A stretch of 63,275 nt of DNA, filler included, from Octopus bimaculoides (Eukaryota), in the NCBI RefSeq assembly GCF_001194135.2. It is 8 parts of 8 records of this genome, joined end to end, with 100 filler letters (N's around TTAATTAATTAA, not from the genome) between each part and the next. Parts side by side here need not be neighbours in the genome. Positions count along the whole stretch, not along the records: positions 37,512 to 48,035 come from NC_069002.1; positions 48,136 to 56,366 come from NC_068981.1; 6 more parts are not named here. One strand, 5' to 3'. The notes below the pieces were generated by a model that saw only the letters and a list, made by a program, of their open reading frames with translations, had not been told where the DNA came from and ran no database searches. This document shows positions 40,501-52,776 of the stretch, piece by piece. Numbering within the stretch: the stretch's first letter is position 1; each line of letters begins with the position of its first letter. The translations under genes were made by a program, and so were the position numbers.

Positions 40501-43500
40501 GTACCTACGTACGTTCGTTCTTCGTTCGTTCGATCTTTCGTTAGTTCATTCTTTAGTTTGTTCGTTCGATCATTCGTTCGTACGTACGTTCGTATGTACG
40601 TTCGTTAGCTCGTTCGTACGTACGTACTTAGGTACCAATTTACATAGTACGTACGTACGTACATTCGTTCGTTCGCTCGTTCGTTCTTACGCACTTATCT
40701 ACATAAATACGTTCATTCGTTCGCTAGTTCATTCATTCGTTCGTTCGTATGTGCGTACGTACGTAAGATCGTTCGTTCTTACGTACGTACGTACGTACGT
40801 TCGTTCGTCCTTTCGTTCGTTCCTTCGATCGTTCGTTCGTACGTACGTATGTACGTACGTTCGTTCTTTCGTTCGTACTTACGTACGTACGTTCGATCGT
40901 TCTTTCGTCCATTGTGTATTCGTACGTACGTTCGTTTGTTCGTTAGTTTGTTCGTACGTACGAGAGTACGTTAGCTCGTTCGTCCTTTCGTAAGTACGTA
41001 CGTAAGTATGTTTGTTCTTTTGTCCTTTCGTTCGATAGTACTTTCGTTGGTTCATTTTTTAGTGAGTTCGTTCGTTCGCTCGCTCGTTCGTTCATACGCA
41101 CTTATCTACGTACGTACGTTCGTATGTGCGTACGTACATAAGATCCTTCGTTCGTACGTACATACTTACTTACGTTCATCCTTTCGTACGTTCGTACATA
41201 CGTACGTACATACATTCTTTCGTTCGTTGTTTCGTTCGTACGTTTGTTCGTTCATACTTTCGTACGTACGTTCGTTTGTTCGTTTGATCATTCGTTCGTG
41301 CATACGTTCATTCGTTCTTTCATTCCTTCGTCCGTACGTACTTTCGTAATACGTACGTACATACGTTCGTTTGTACGAAAGTACGTACGTTCGTTCTTTC
41401 TTTCAATCGTTTGTTCGTTCGTTCGTACATACGTTCATTCCTTCGTTCGTTCATTCGTCCTTTCTTTCGTTCGATCGTTCCTTCGTACGTCGTTACGTAC
41501 GTATATACATACGTACGTACGTACACACATACGTACGTACGTACATAGGTACGTACGTACGTACGTATGTATGTACGTACGTACGTTCGTTCGGTCGGTC
41601 TCACATACGTACGTTCGTTTTTAAGTTCGTTCGTTCATTCGTAAGTACGGTCGTTCATAAGTACTTACGGACGGACGTTCGTTCTTTCGTTCGTTCGTGC
41701 GTACGTACGTTCGTTCTTTCGTTCGTTCGTTCATTTTATATTCGTACGTACTTACGTACGTTTATTCGTTCGTTCATTTTTTCGCTCGTTCGTACGTTCG
41801 AACATACGTACGTACATACATTCGTTCGTTCGTTGTTTCGTTCGTACGTTCGTTCGTACATTCGTATGTACGTTCGTTTGTTCGTTCGTTCATTCGTTCT
41901 TTCATTCCTTCGTCCGTTTGTTCGTACGTACGTACATTCTTTCGTAATACGTACGTACATACGTCCGTACATACGTTCGTTCGTAAGAAAGTTTGTTCGT
42001 TCGTTCGTACGTACGTACGTTTGTTCGTTCGTTCGTACGTACGTACGTTTGTTCGTACGTACGTACGTACGTTCGTTCTTTCAATCGTTCGTTGTTTTGT
42101 TCTTTCATTCATTCGTTCTTTATTTAGTACGTACGTACATACATTCGTACGTTCGTTCGATCGTTCATTCGAAAGTACGTACGTACGTTCGTGCTTTCAT
42201 TCGTACGTACAAAAGTACGTTCGGTCGTTCGTACGTACGTACGTACGTACGTACGTTCGTTCTTTTGTTCGTTCATTCGTTCGTACATGTTCGTTCGTAC
42301 GTTCGATTGTTCGTTCGTTTATTGTGTATTCGTACGTACGTACGTACGTTTGTTCGCTAGTTCGTTCGTACGTACGTACATTCATTCGTTCGTTCTTTAA
42401 TTTGTTCAATCTTTCGTTCTTTCGTTCGTATGTATTTACGTACGAACATAGGTACGTTCCTTCGTACATACGTACGTATGTACGCACGTTCGTTCGTAAG
42501 TTTATTCGTTCATTCGTAAGTACGTATGTTCGTAAGTACGTACGTACGTACGTTCGTTGGTTCTTTCGTTCGTTCGTTAGATCGTTCGTTCATTCGTACG
42601 TACGTTCGTTCATTAGTACGTACGTTCGTTGGTACGTAAGTACGTTTGTTCATTCGTCCGTTCTTTAGTTAGTTCGTTCCTTTCTTCCTTCGTACGTATT
42701 ATGTACGTTCGTTTGTTCATTCGTACGTACGTACGTACTTAGGTACCAATTTACGTACATACGTACGTACATTCGTTCGTTCATACGCACGTATTTACGT
42801 ACGTACGTTCGTTCGGTAGTTCATTCGTTCGTTCTGTCGTATGTACGTACGTACGTAAGATCGTTCGTTCGTGCGTACATACTTACTTACGCTCGTCCTT
42901 TCGTTCGTTCCTACGTTCGTTCGTTCGTTGTTTCGTTCGTTCGTACATTCGTTCGTGCATATGTTCATTCGTTCCTTCGTCCGTTCGTTCGTAATACGTG
43001 TGTACATACGTCCGTACATACGTTCGTTCGTACGAAAGAACGTACGTTTGTTCGTTCGTACGTACGTTCGTTCTTTCATTCGTTCGTTCTTTCGTTCGTA
43101 CGTTCATTCATTCATTCGTTCTTTCGTTCGATCGTTCCGTCTTACATACGTACGTGTGTACGTACGTTCGTTCTTAAGTTCGTTCATTCATTCGTAAGTA
43201 CGTACGTTCATAAGCACTTACGGACGGACGTTCGTTCGTTCATTCGTACGTACGTTCGTTCTTTCATTCGTACGTACGAACGATCGAACGAACGAAAGCT
43301 TCTACATACGTCCGTACGTACGGACGAACGAATGAATGAGCGAATGAACGAACGTACGAAAGATAGTACGTACTTACAAACGAACGCACGAAGGAACGAA
43401 GTGACTGAACGAGCGAACGTACGAACGGATGAATGTACGAACAAACGAATGGACATACCTATGTTATTACGAACGAACGTACATACGTCTGTACGAACGA

Positions 43501-46500
43501 TCGAAAGAAAGAACGAACGTACGTACATATGTATGAATGAAAGAACCAAACAACGAACAAACGAACGTACGTATGTTCATACGTACGAATGAACGAACGT
43601 ACGTACGTATGTACGAACGATCGAAGGAACGAACGAAAGAACTAAAGTACGTACGTGCGAACGAACGATCGTACGTACGTACGAACGAACGTATGTACGT
43701 AGATAAGTGCGTACGAGCCTACGAACGATCGAAAGAACCAAACAACGAACAAACTAACGTACGTTTGTACGTACGTTCATACGTACGAACGAACGTACGT
43801 ACGTATGTACGAACGAACGAACGATCGAACTAAAGTACGTAAGTACGTACGTGCGAACGAACGATCGTACGTACGTACGTACGTACATACGAACGAACGC
43901 ATGTACGTAGATAAGTGCGTACGATCGAACGAACGAATGTACGTACGTAAATACGTACCTATGTACATACGTACGATTGAACAAACGAACTAACAAAAGA
44001 ATGGACCAACGAAAGAATTAACGAACGAACGTAGGTACGAAAGAACGAACGAACTTACGTACGTAAATACGTATGAACGAGCGAACGAGGAAACGAACGA
44101 ACGAGGAAACGAACGTACCTATGTACGTACGTGCTTACGAATGATCGAACGACCGAAGGAACAAACGAACATATGTACGTACGGACGGACGAACAAACGA
44201 ACGAAAGCATCTACATACGTCCGTACGTACGAATGAACGTACGTACGTATGTACGAACGAAATAACGAATGAACGTACGTACATATGTATGTACGAAAGA
44301 TCGAACGAAAGAACGAACGTACGTACGAATGAAAGAACCCACGAACGAACAAAAGAGCGAATGAACGAAAGAACAAACGTACTTACGAACGAACGCATGT
44401 ATGAACGAACGAAATAACGAACGAACGAACGAACGAACTATGGAACGTACGATCGTACGTATGAACAAACGAAAGTACTTTCGGACGTACAAACGAACTA
44501 ACGTATATACGTACGTATGTATGTAACAACGAATGAACGAACGATCGAACGTACTTTCGTACGTACGAACGAAAGAAAAAACGAAATTACGTACTACGTA
44601 CTTACGAACATACGTATGTACGAACGAACGAAAGTAGGTATGTACGTACGTACGTACGCAAGTACGTACTAACGAACGAACGAAGGCACGATCGTATGTT
44701 CGTACGAACGAATGAACGAACTAAAGAACGAATGAATGAACGTACGAACGAACGATTGAACGAACGTACGTACGAACAAACAAACGTACGTAATTACGTA
44801 CAAACGAACGAACGAACGAACGTATGTACGTACGTATGTACGTACCTATTACGAAAGAACGAACGAATGCACGAATGAATGATCGCACGAACAAACGTAC
44901 GTACGTACGAACGAACGAACGACGAACGAACGAACGAACGAACGACGAACGAATGTACGTACGAAGGAGCGAACGAAAGATCGAAAGAACCAAACAACGA
45001 ACAAACGAACGTACGTTTGTACGACGTTCATACGTACGAATGAAGGAATGAACGAACGAACGAAAGTAAATACGTACGAACGAAAGAACGAACGTACGTA
45101 TGATCGAAAGAACGAACAAACGAACGTACGTTTGTACGTACGTTCATACGTACGAATGAAGGAATAAACGAAAGTATGTACGAACGTACGAACGAACGAC
45201 CGAACGTACGTACATACGAACGAACGTATGTACGTAGATAAGTACGTACGATCGAATGTACGTACGTAAATACGTACCTAAGTACGTACGTACGAAAAAA
45301 CGAACGAACTTACGTACGCAAATACGTATGAACGATCGAACGAACGAGGAAACGAACGTACCTAAGTACGTACGTGCGTACGAAAGAACAAACGAACATA
45401 TGTATGTACGTACGAACGTACGGACGAACAAACGAACGAAAGATAGTACGTACGTACAAACGAACGAACGAACGAAATGAAGGAACGAGTGAACGTATGA
45501 ACGGATGAATGTACGTATGTACGAACGTGCGTACAAACGAATGAACTTACGTATGTACGTACGAATGAAAGAACCCACGAACGGACAAAAGAGCGAACGA
45601 ACGAAAGAACAAACGTACTTACGAACGAACGAACGTACGTACATACGTACGCATGCACGAATGAACGAACGAACGAACGTACGTTCGTACGTATGAACGA
45701 ACGAACCAACCAACAAAAGAACGTACTTACGAATGCACGAAAGAACGAACGTACGTACAAACGTATATACGTACGTATGTATGTACCAACGAATGAACGA
45801 ACGAACGACCGAAGGTACTTTCTTACGTACGAACAAAATAACGAACGAAAGAAAAAACGAAATTACGTACGTACGTACTTACGAACATACGTACTTACGA
45901 ACGAACGAACGAACGAACTTATGAACGTACATACTTACGTATGTACGAACGAACGAACGAACGTACGAACGTATGTTCGTACGAACGAATGAACGAACAA
46001 AACAACGAATGAATGAACGTACGCACGTACGTACGAACGATTGAACGAACGAACAAACGTACGTAATTACGTACAAACGAACGAACGTATGTACGTACGC
46101 ATGTACGTACCTATTACGAAAGAACATACGTACGAAGGAATGAACGTACGCACGAACGAATGATGGCACGAACAAACATACGTACGTACGAAGGAAGGAA
46201 CGAACGAACGACAAAAATAACGAAGGAACGACGAACATACGTACATATGTATGTACGTACACACGTACGTACTAAGGAACGAACGAACGAACGTACAAGT
46301 GAAACAACGAATGAACGAACGAACGTACGTACGTACGTACGGACGAACAACCGGACGATCGAAGGAACGAACGAAAGAACTAAAGTACGTACGTACGTAC
46401 GTACGTACGTAGGTAAGTGCGTACGAACGAACGAACGTACGTACGTACGTAGATAAGTGCGTACGAACGAACGAACGAACGAACGAACGAATGTACTACG

Positions 46501-48035
46501 TAACTACGTACCTAATTACGTACGTACGAATGAACAAACGAATGTACATACGTACGAACGAACGAACTAACAAAAGAATGAACCAACGAAAGGACTAACG
46601 AACGAACGTAGGTACGAAAAAACGAACGAAAGAACGAATGAACTTACGTACGTAAATACGTATGAACGATCGAACGAACGAACGAGGAAACGAACGTCCC
46701 TAAGTACGTACGTGCGTACGGAAGAACGAACGATCGAACGAACGAACGAATATATGTACGTACGTACGTACAGACGAACAAATGCATCTACATACGTCCG
46801 TACGTACGAACGAACGAGCGAATGAACGTACGTACGTATGTACGAACGAAAGACAGTACGTACGTACAAACGAAGGAACTAAAATGAAGGAACGAGCGAA
46901 CGTACGAACGGATGAATGTACTTATGTACGTACGAACGAACGCAAGAACGAACGTAGGAACGTACGTTCTTCACGAACGAAATAACGAATCAACCTACGT
47001 ACATACGTCTGTACGAACGAAAGATCGGACGTACGTACGTATGTACGAATGAAAGAACCCACGAACGAACGAACGAAAGAACAAACGTACTTACGTCCGT
47101 ACTAATGAACGAACGAACGTACGTACATACGTACGCATGCACGAACGAACGAACGTACGTTCGTACGTATGAACGAACGAATGAACTAACAAACGAAGGT
47201 ACGTAAGTACGTACGAATGCAGGAAAGAACGAACGAACGTACGTACGTACGTACAAATGAACGAACGTATATACGTACGTACGTATGTACCAATGAACGA
47301 ACGACCGAACATACTTTCGTACGTACGAACGAAAGAACAAACGAAATTACGTACGTACGTACATACGAACATACGTACTTACGAACGAACGAACGAAAGT
47401 AGCTATGTACGTACGTAAATACATACGAACGAACGATCGAACGAACGCACGAACTTATGTTCGTACGAACGAAAGAAAGTGAACGAATGAACGAACAAAA
47501 GAACGAACGAATGAACGTACGTGCGTACGTACGAATGAACAAACGAACGAATGTACGTACGTACGAACAAACGTACGTAATTAAGTACAAACGAACGAAC
47601 GAACGTACGTTTGTACGTACGCATATACGTACATACGTATTACGAAAGAACGAACGTACGAAACAATGAACGTACGCACGAACGAATGATCACACGAACA
47701 AACGTACGTACGTACGAAGGAACGAACGAACAAACGAAAAATATAACGAAGGAACGACGAACGTACGTACATATGTATGTACGTACACACGTACGTACGA
47801 ACGAACGAACGAACGTAAGTACGTACATGCGAAGGAGCGAAAGAACCAAACAACGAACAAACGAACGTACGTACGTTCATACGTACGAATGAAGGAATGA
47901 ACGAACGAAAGAAAGTAAGTACGTACGAACGAACAAACGTACGATCGTTCGGACGTTCGTTCGTACGTTCGTACATACGTTCGTTCATTCCTTCATTCGT
48001 ACGTATGAACGTACGTACAAACGTACGTTCGTTTA
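37512..48035. repeat. 10.5-kb CpG-rich compound tetranucleotide satellite (TACG/TTCG/CGAA and single-base variants) with higher-order repeats and an internal inversion
   Basis: Mostly preserved 4-nt register. TTCG polarity from 37512 to about 43270, CGAA polarity from about 43277 to 47940, then a short reversal. No N inside; bounded on both sides by artificial spacers. Confidence 0.95.
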
Positions 48036-49329
48036 NNNNNNNNNNNNNNNNNNNNNNNNNNNNNNNNNNNNNNNNNNNNTTAATTAATTAANNNNNNNNN
48101 NNNNNNNNNNNNNNNNNNNNNNNNNNNNNNNNNNNTCTCTCTCTCTCTCTCTCTCTCTCTTTCCATTGTAGTTAGATTAAACTTTGTGTAATAGAAGTAA
48201 TCATTGGCAAAATGAGTTGTTTTTTTTTCTAGGAGACCCCTATTCTGTAGCTTGCGTTTAGGCCAGGTCTCTGGTTTGAAAATAATTTCCTTTCGCCCCT
48301 CATCAGTCTTGGAGACACTGTGTAGTGTAGGTAGGACCCGCCCTAGTTTATCTAATGAACATTTACCCTAAACGCATAAGCACAGAAAAATATTTATTAG
48401 CTACACCTTAGGAGTTTCTTTTAGCTGTACACATAGAATAAAAGAAATTGTATTAGATGGTCCCATACCTGAAACAGAAACAGGTTACTCAGATAAAGAC
48501 AACGCCGCATGTCCACAGCAACTAGAGACCGTTGTCTATGAGGCGGAGGTATTGTTAAAAGACCCAAGCTCAGAGCCGGACGTGTGGAAATATGTGAGTG
48601 CGACAGAAGGTCCAGATTTAACAACCACAAATGGGGCTGCCTGCTGGAGCCTAGTAGCAAGTATTTAAAGGGAAATTTGACAAGACAGTCAGTCGGCCAC
48701 TGACACTCGTTGACGCTGCATCGAAGAGGCCAGGGAACAGAAGAAAGAAGACATGCACTCAACACCAGAGCTGAAGACACCCCCGAAAGGGGGGGCGTCA
48801 CGTCAAAACGGTAGAGGAATAGGGGCCGAAACCGGACGTGGTTCCTCCTGATGATGTCTTGAGCTAACCGGATCCTATAAAGGAGCTGTTGTGGTAGCAG
48901 ACCACGAAACATGGTTGAAATTCCTCCTCACAGCCCTAGCAAAGCACATATGATTATTGACGGAAAACACCTCAGATTACAGCATCAAATGGAGAGATGC
49001 AAATATGACTTTAATAGCTGGAGGAGGTGCAGACTGTACTTGGCAGAGAAAAGAACTATACTAAATAACTCTCTTCACCTGGATATCTGCTTAAAGTTTA
49101 AAAGCAAAATTTTCTGACCCTGCCCTCATGAGTAGAGATATACAATTGGATATTGGCAGACTGCACTATGAATGCAAACGTTAGAATTTCCACGTACACG
49201 TACACACGTGATTTTAAGATTGGCCCTTCTCATTCCTCCTCATTCCTCCTGCACACGCATGAGCCTCATCCCGCCCGCACCCAGCTCCAACCCATTCTGC
49301 AATAATTTAGTTCACACTCCGAGATGTCT

Positions 49330-49780
49330 GATCTTAGATAAGACTTAGATAAAAGATTGGTCCCGGCCATGTCTAACTTAATAGCACCACCTGATAGGAT
49401 TATCTAAATCCTTTTTACAGTCAAGTTTTGTCTATGGTCCATTCAAGTAGTGAGTTCTTATTGAGTGAGTTGTATCCAGGTATGGGTGGTTTGTCTGGTA
49501 TTCTTTGAAGAAACGTGTCTAGGCTCCATTTAAAGCTGATAGGATCCTTTTCCTCTTTTATCTGTTTCGGGACAATGTTAAACAGGGCAGGGCCTGTTGA
49601 GGAAAATAAATTATGCCGCAGTGTACCTATATGTTGTGATCCTGAATTGGGCAGGGGACGTATGTCTCGTGGTCCCAGCCTTGGATGAACCTTGAAACTA
49701 ATGTTCAGGTCGTTTGGACAATGCTGATCTCTATCCAAAAGACGTAACTCTAATGAACATAAGTTCCCTCTCAAAATTTT
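49330..49780 (-). mobile_element. 3' end of a CR1/L2-group LINE (ORF C-terminus and 3' UTR)
   Basis: Reads CPNDLNISFKVHPRLGPR...TLRHNLFSSTGPALFNIVP...FKWSLDTFLQRIPDKPPIPGYNSLNKNSLLEW, the GPxLFNxLP...FKxxLDxxL...PDxP...NSL signature. Second copy at 55531-55985. Confidence 0.75.
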
Positions 49781-50120
49781 ATCATGCCGTTTTTTGTTTG
49801 TTCCCATATTTTACGACATCCACAAACAGGATGCGACGTTCTCTGAACTCCAGTGTCAAGGTGACATTGCCATAGTTTTCCTACCAGCCTTTCAAATGAG
49901 TTCCAAGATTGGTTTACCAAACTCACGAAACCGATTGGTAAAATTGGCTGAAATAGGTCTATGATATTATTTTGTATACTTTGCTGTGTCTCGGGAAGGT
50001 CATTAAGCCAATAATAAAACATGTACTGGTTCAATTTCACTTCTTTCTTCAATGTTGTGTTCTCTCTACTTCAGGTCAGCCTCGTATTTGCCTCACTATA
50101 AACATATATTATATATATAC

Positions 50121-50159
<39 letters not shown>

Positions 50160-51521
50160 GTGTGTGTGCGCGCGCGCGCGTGATGCATGTCTTTGCTAGC
50201 TACGTATTCTTTTATTCTTTTATTGATTTCGGTAATTGGGTATTATTTTCTACTTAACAGTTACCTGTTGTACCAAGCTCAGAAGTATAATAGGCGGAAT
50301 TTAAACTCAGTAAGTAAAGGAACGTAACTAAATATTTCTTGGCATTTTTCCGATCTTCGACTGATTTTGTCATAGTCCTCTATACGTATGACGTATGCTC
50401 TCCTTTGCTTTGAGCTCTGTAGATGGAATTGTGGGGCAGGAAGAACTGTCTTATAGAATATACATATCAAATTTATCGTAGCAAGGTGTTATGCAATTCT
50501 CGTAAAAGAAACAAAATGCTGCAGACAAGCAGTATGACCAGAAGCCGTCCTTTTTTAGATATGACCTTAGCTAGTCTCTTCTATAAAGGAATGGAGAAAT
50601 CAGCTCCAGTTTCTAACTGGTACTTTAAAAATCAACCGTAGATAAATGAAAAGCAAAGCTGAGTTGACCTCGGTGTAATTTGAACTCAAAGGACAAAGAG
50701 CTGGAGTATATACCACAAGACGCTCTGTTCGACACCTCTAATGACTTTCTTAGTTGGTCGTTTTGACATATCAGGACGTATCACCGAAACTGTAAATTAA
50801 ACAAGCGAGACACAAGTCAACATGAACGTACATGCATGTGTGTGGATGTGTCTGCTGGTATCGTAATGTTTTTGCGCATGCGTATGTGAGTATTTCTAGA
50901 GATGTTGCCTGATTTGGTGTCAATGAATGCACATATCAATGTGCAATACAACCACATACATATGCATAAGATGAGTGCATGTCTGTAGTATTTACATGTA
51001 TTTTGCATGTGTTTATGTGTACGTATTCGGATGTCTTCATGGGAGACGTTGCATAATTTAGTGTGAATATACATGTATGTACGTGTGTGTGTTTGTATCG
51101 ATGTTTCTATGCATGTGTATGTTTGCTTACTCAACACATTTACATATAATACATCTGTGTATATATAGATATAGATGTGTGATAGCAGCTAGATACATTC
51201 CACTTCAAAATGTATGTGTTTGTATGTACATCTTGTATGTTTGAGTGCTTGCGTGTAGTCACAATACTCATGTGTACTGCAGTTTATATGTGTGTTTGTA
51301 GGTGTGTACATGTACGTGTATGTGTGTGTAACAGAGTTTTGGAATGGGGATAGCTGTTGGGGTACTGGTGTGTTGTGGCGTTTATGTGCGTCGATGTGTA
51401 TTTGTGTGTGCATGCATGAGTGTGTGGTTGAGCAATACTATTATGGATATATATGTGAGTGTTTGATGTAATGGCAAAAGTAGTGGGCGGCCATGTTGCT
51501 GTAGGGAAATCTATTAGTATA

Positions 51522-52763
51522 TAGGCGTGGCTGTGTGGTAAGAAGCTTGCTTCCCAACCAAATGGTTCCGGGCTCAGTCCCACTTCGTGGCACTTTGGGT
51601 AAATGTTTTTTACTATAGCATTGGGCCGACCAAAGCCTTGTAAATGGATTTGGTAGACAAAAACTGAAAGAAGCTCGTCGTGTGTGTGCNNNNNNNNNNN
51701 NNNNNNNNNNNNNNNNNNNNNNNNNNNNNNNNNNNNNNNNNNNNNNNNNNNNNNNNNNNNNNNNNNNNNNNNNNNNNNNNNNNNNNNNNNNNNNNNNNNN
51801 NNNNNNNNNNNNNNNNNNNNNNNNNNNNNNNNNNNNNNNNNNNNNNNNNNNNNNNNNNNNNNNNNNNNNNNNNNNNNNNNNNNNNNNNNNNNNNNNNNNN
51901 NNNNNNNNNNNNNNNNNNNNNNNNNNNNNNNNNNNNNNNNNNNNNNNNNNNNNNNNNNNNNNNNNNNNNNNNNNNNNNNNNNNNNNNNNNNNNNNNNNNN
52001 NNNNNNNNNNNNNNNNNNNNNNNNNNNNNNNNNNNNNNNNNNNNNNNNNNNNNNNNNNNNNNNNNNNNNNNNNNNNNNNNNNNNNNNNNNNNNNNNNNNN
52101 NNNNNNNNNNNNNNNNNNNNNNNNNNNNNNNNNNNNNNNNNNNNNNNNNNNNNNNNNNNNNNNNNNNNNNNNNNNNNNNNNNNNNNNNNNNNNNNNNNNN
52201 NNNNNNNNNNNNNNNNNNNNNNNNNNNNNNNNNNNNNNNNNNNNNNNNNNNNNNNNNNNNNNNNNNNNNNNNNNNNNNNNNNNNNNNNNNNNNNNNNNNN
52301 NNNNNNNNNNNNNNNNNNNNNNNNNNNNNNNNNNNNNNNNNNNNNNNNNNNNNNNNNNNNNNNNNNNNNNNNNNNNNNNNNNNNNNNNNNNNNNNNNNNN
52401 NNNNNNNNNNNNNNNNNNNNNNNNNNNNNNNNNNNNNNNNNNNNNNNNNNNNNNNNNNNNNNNNNNNNNNNNNNNNNNNNNNNNNNNNNNNNNNNNNNNN
52501 NNNNNNNNNNNCGTATATATGTATATGTATATATATATATATGTGTGTTTGTGTGTCTGTGTTTGTCCCTCAACACAGCTTGACAACCGATGCTGGTGTG
52601 TTTACGTCCCCGTAGCCTAGCGGTTCGGCAAAAGAAACCGATAGAATAAGTACTAGGCTTACAAAGAATAAATCCTGGGGTCAACTTACTCGACTAAAGG
52701 TGGTGCTCCAGCATGGCCGCAGTCAAATGACTGAAACAAGTAAAAGAGTAAAGAGTAAAGAGT
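51522..52763 (+). mobile_element. Full-length SINE family A with an N gap in its central microsatellite
   Basis: Head ggcgtggctgtgtggtaagaagcttgc at 51522; 3' half and (AAAGAGT)n tail at 52512-52763. Confidence 0.8.
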
Positions 52764-52776
52764 ATATAGGCTATAT

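Noticed and set aside
37512-48035. Idea that the TACG array is pyrosequencing flow-order (T-A-C-G) noise
   Set aside because: Kilobase higher-order repeats with shared rare variants and inverted homology between arms are not expected from random flow noise. Not fully excluded without reads.
37512-48035. CRISPR-like or repeat-spacer array
   Set aside because: No constant repeat alternating with unique spacers, no cas genes, and an animal genomic context.
37464-48091. Dozens of ORFs up to 329 aa (RTYV/FVRS/NERT repeats) in the satellite
   Set aside because: They are translations of a 4-nt periodic repeat, appear in all six frames and have no domain content.
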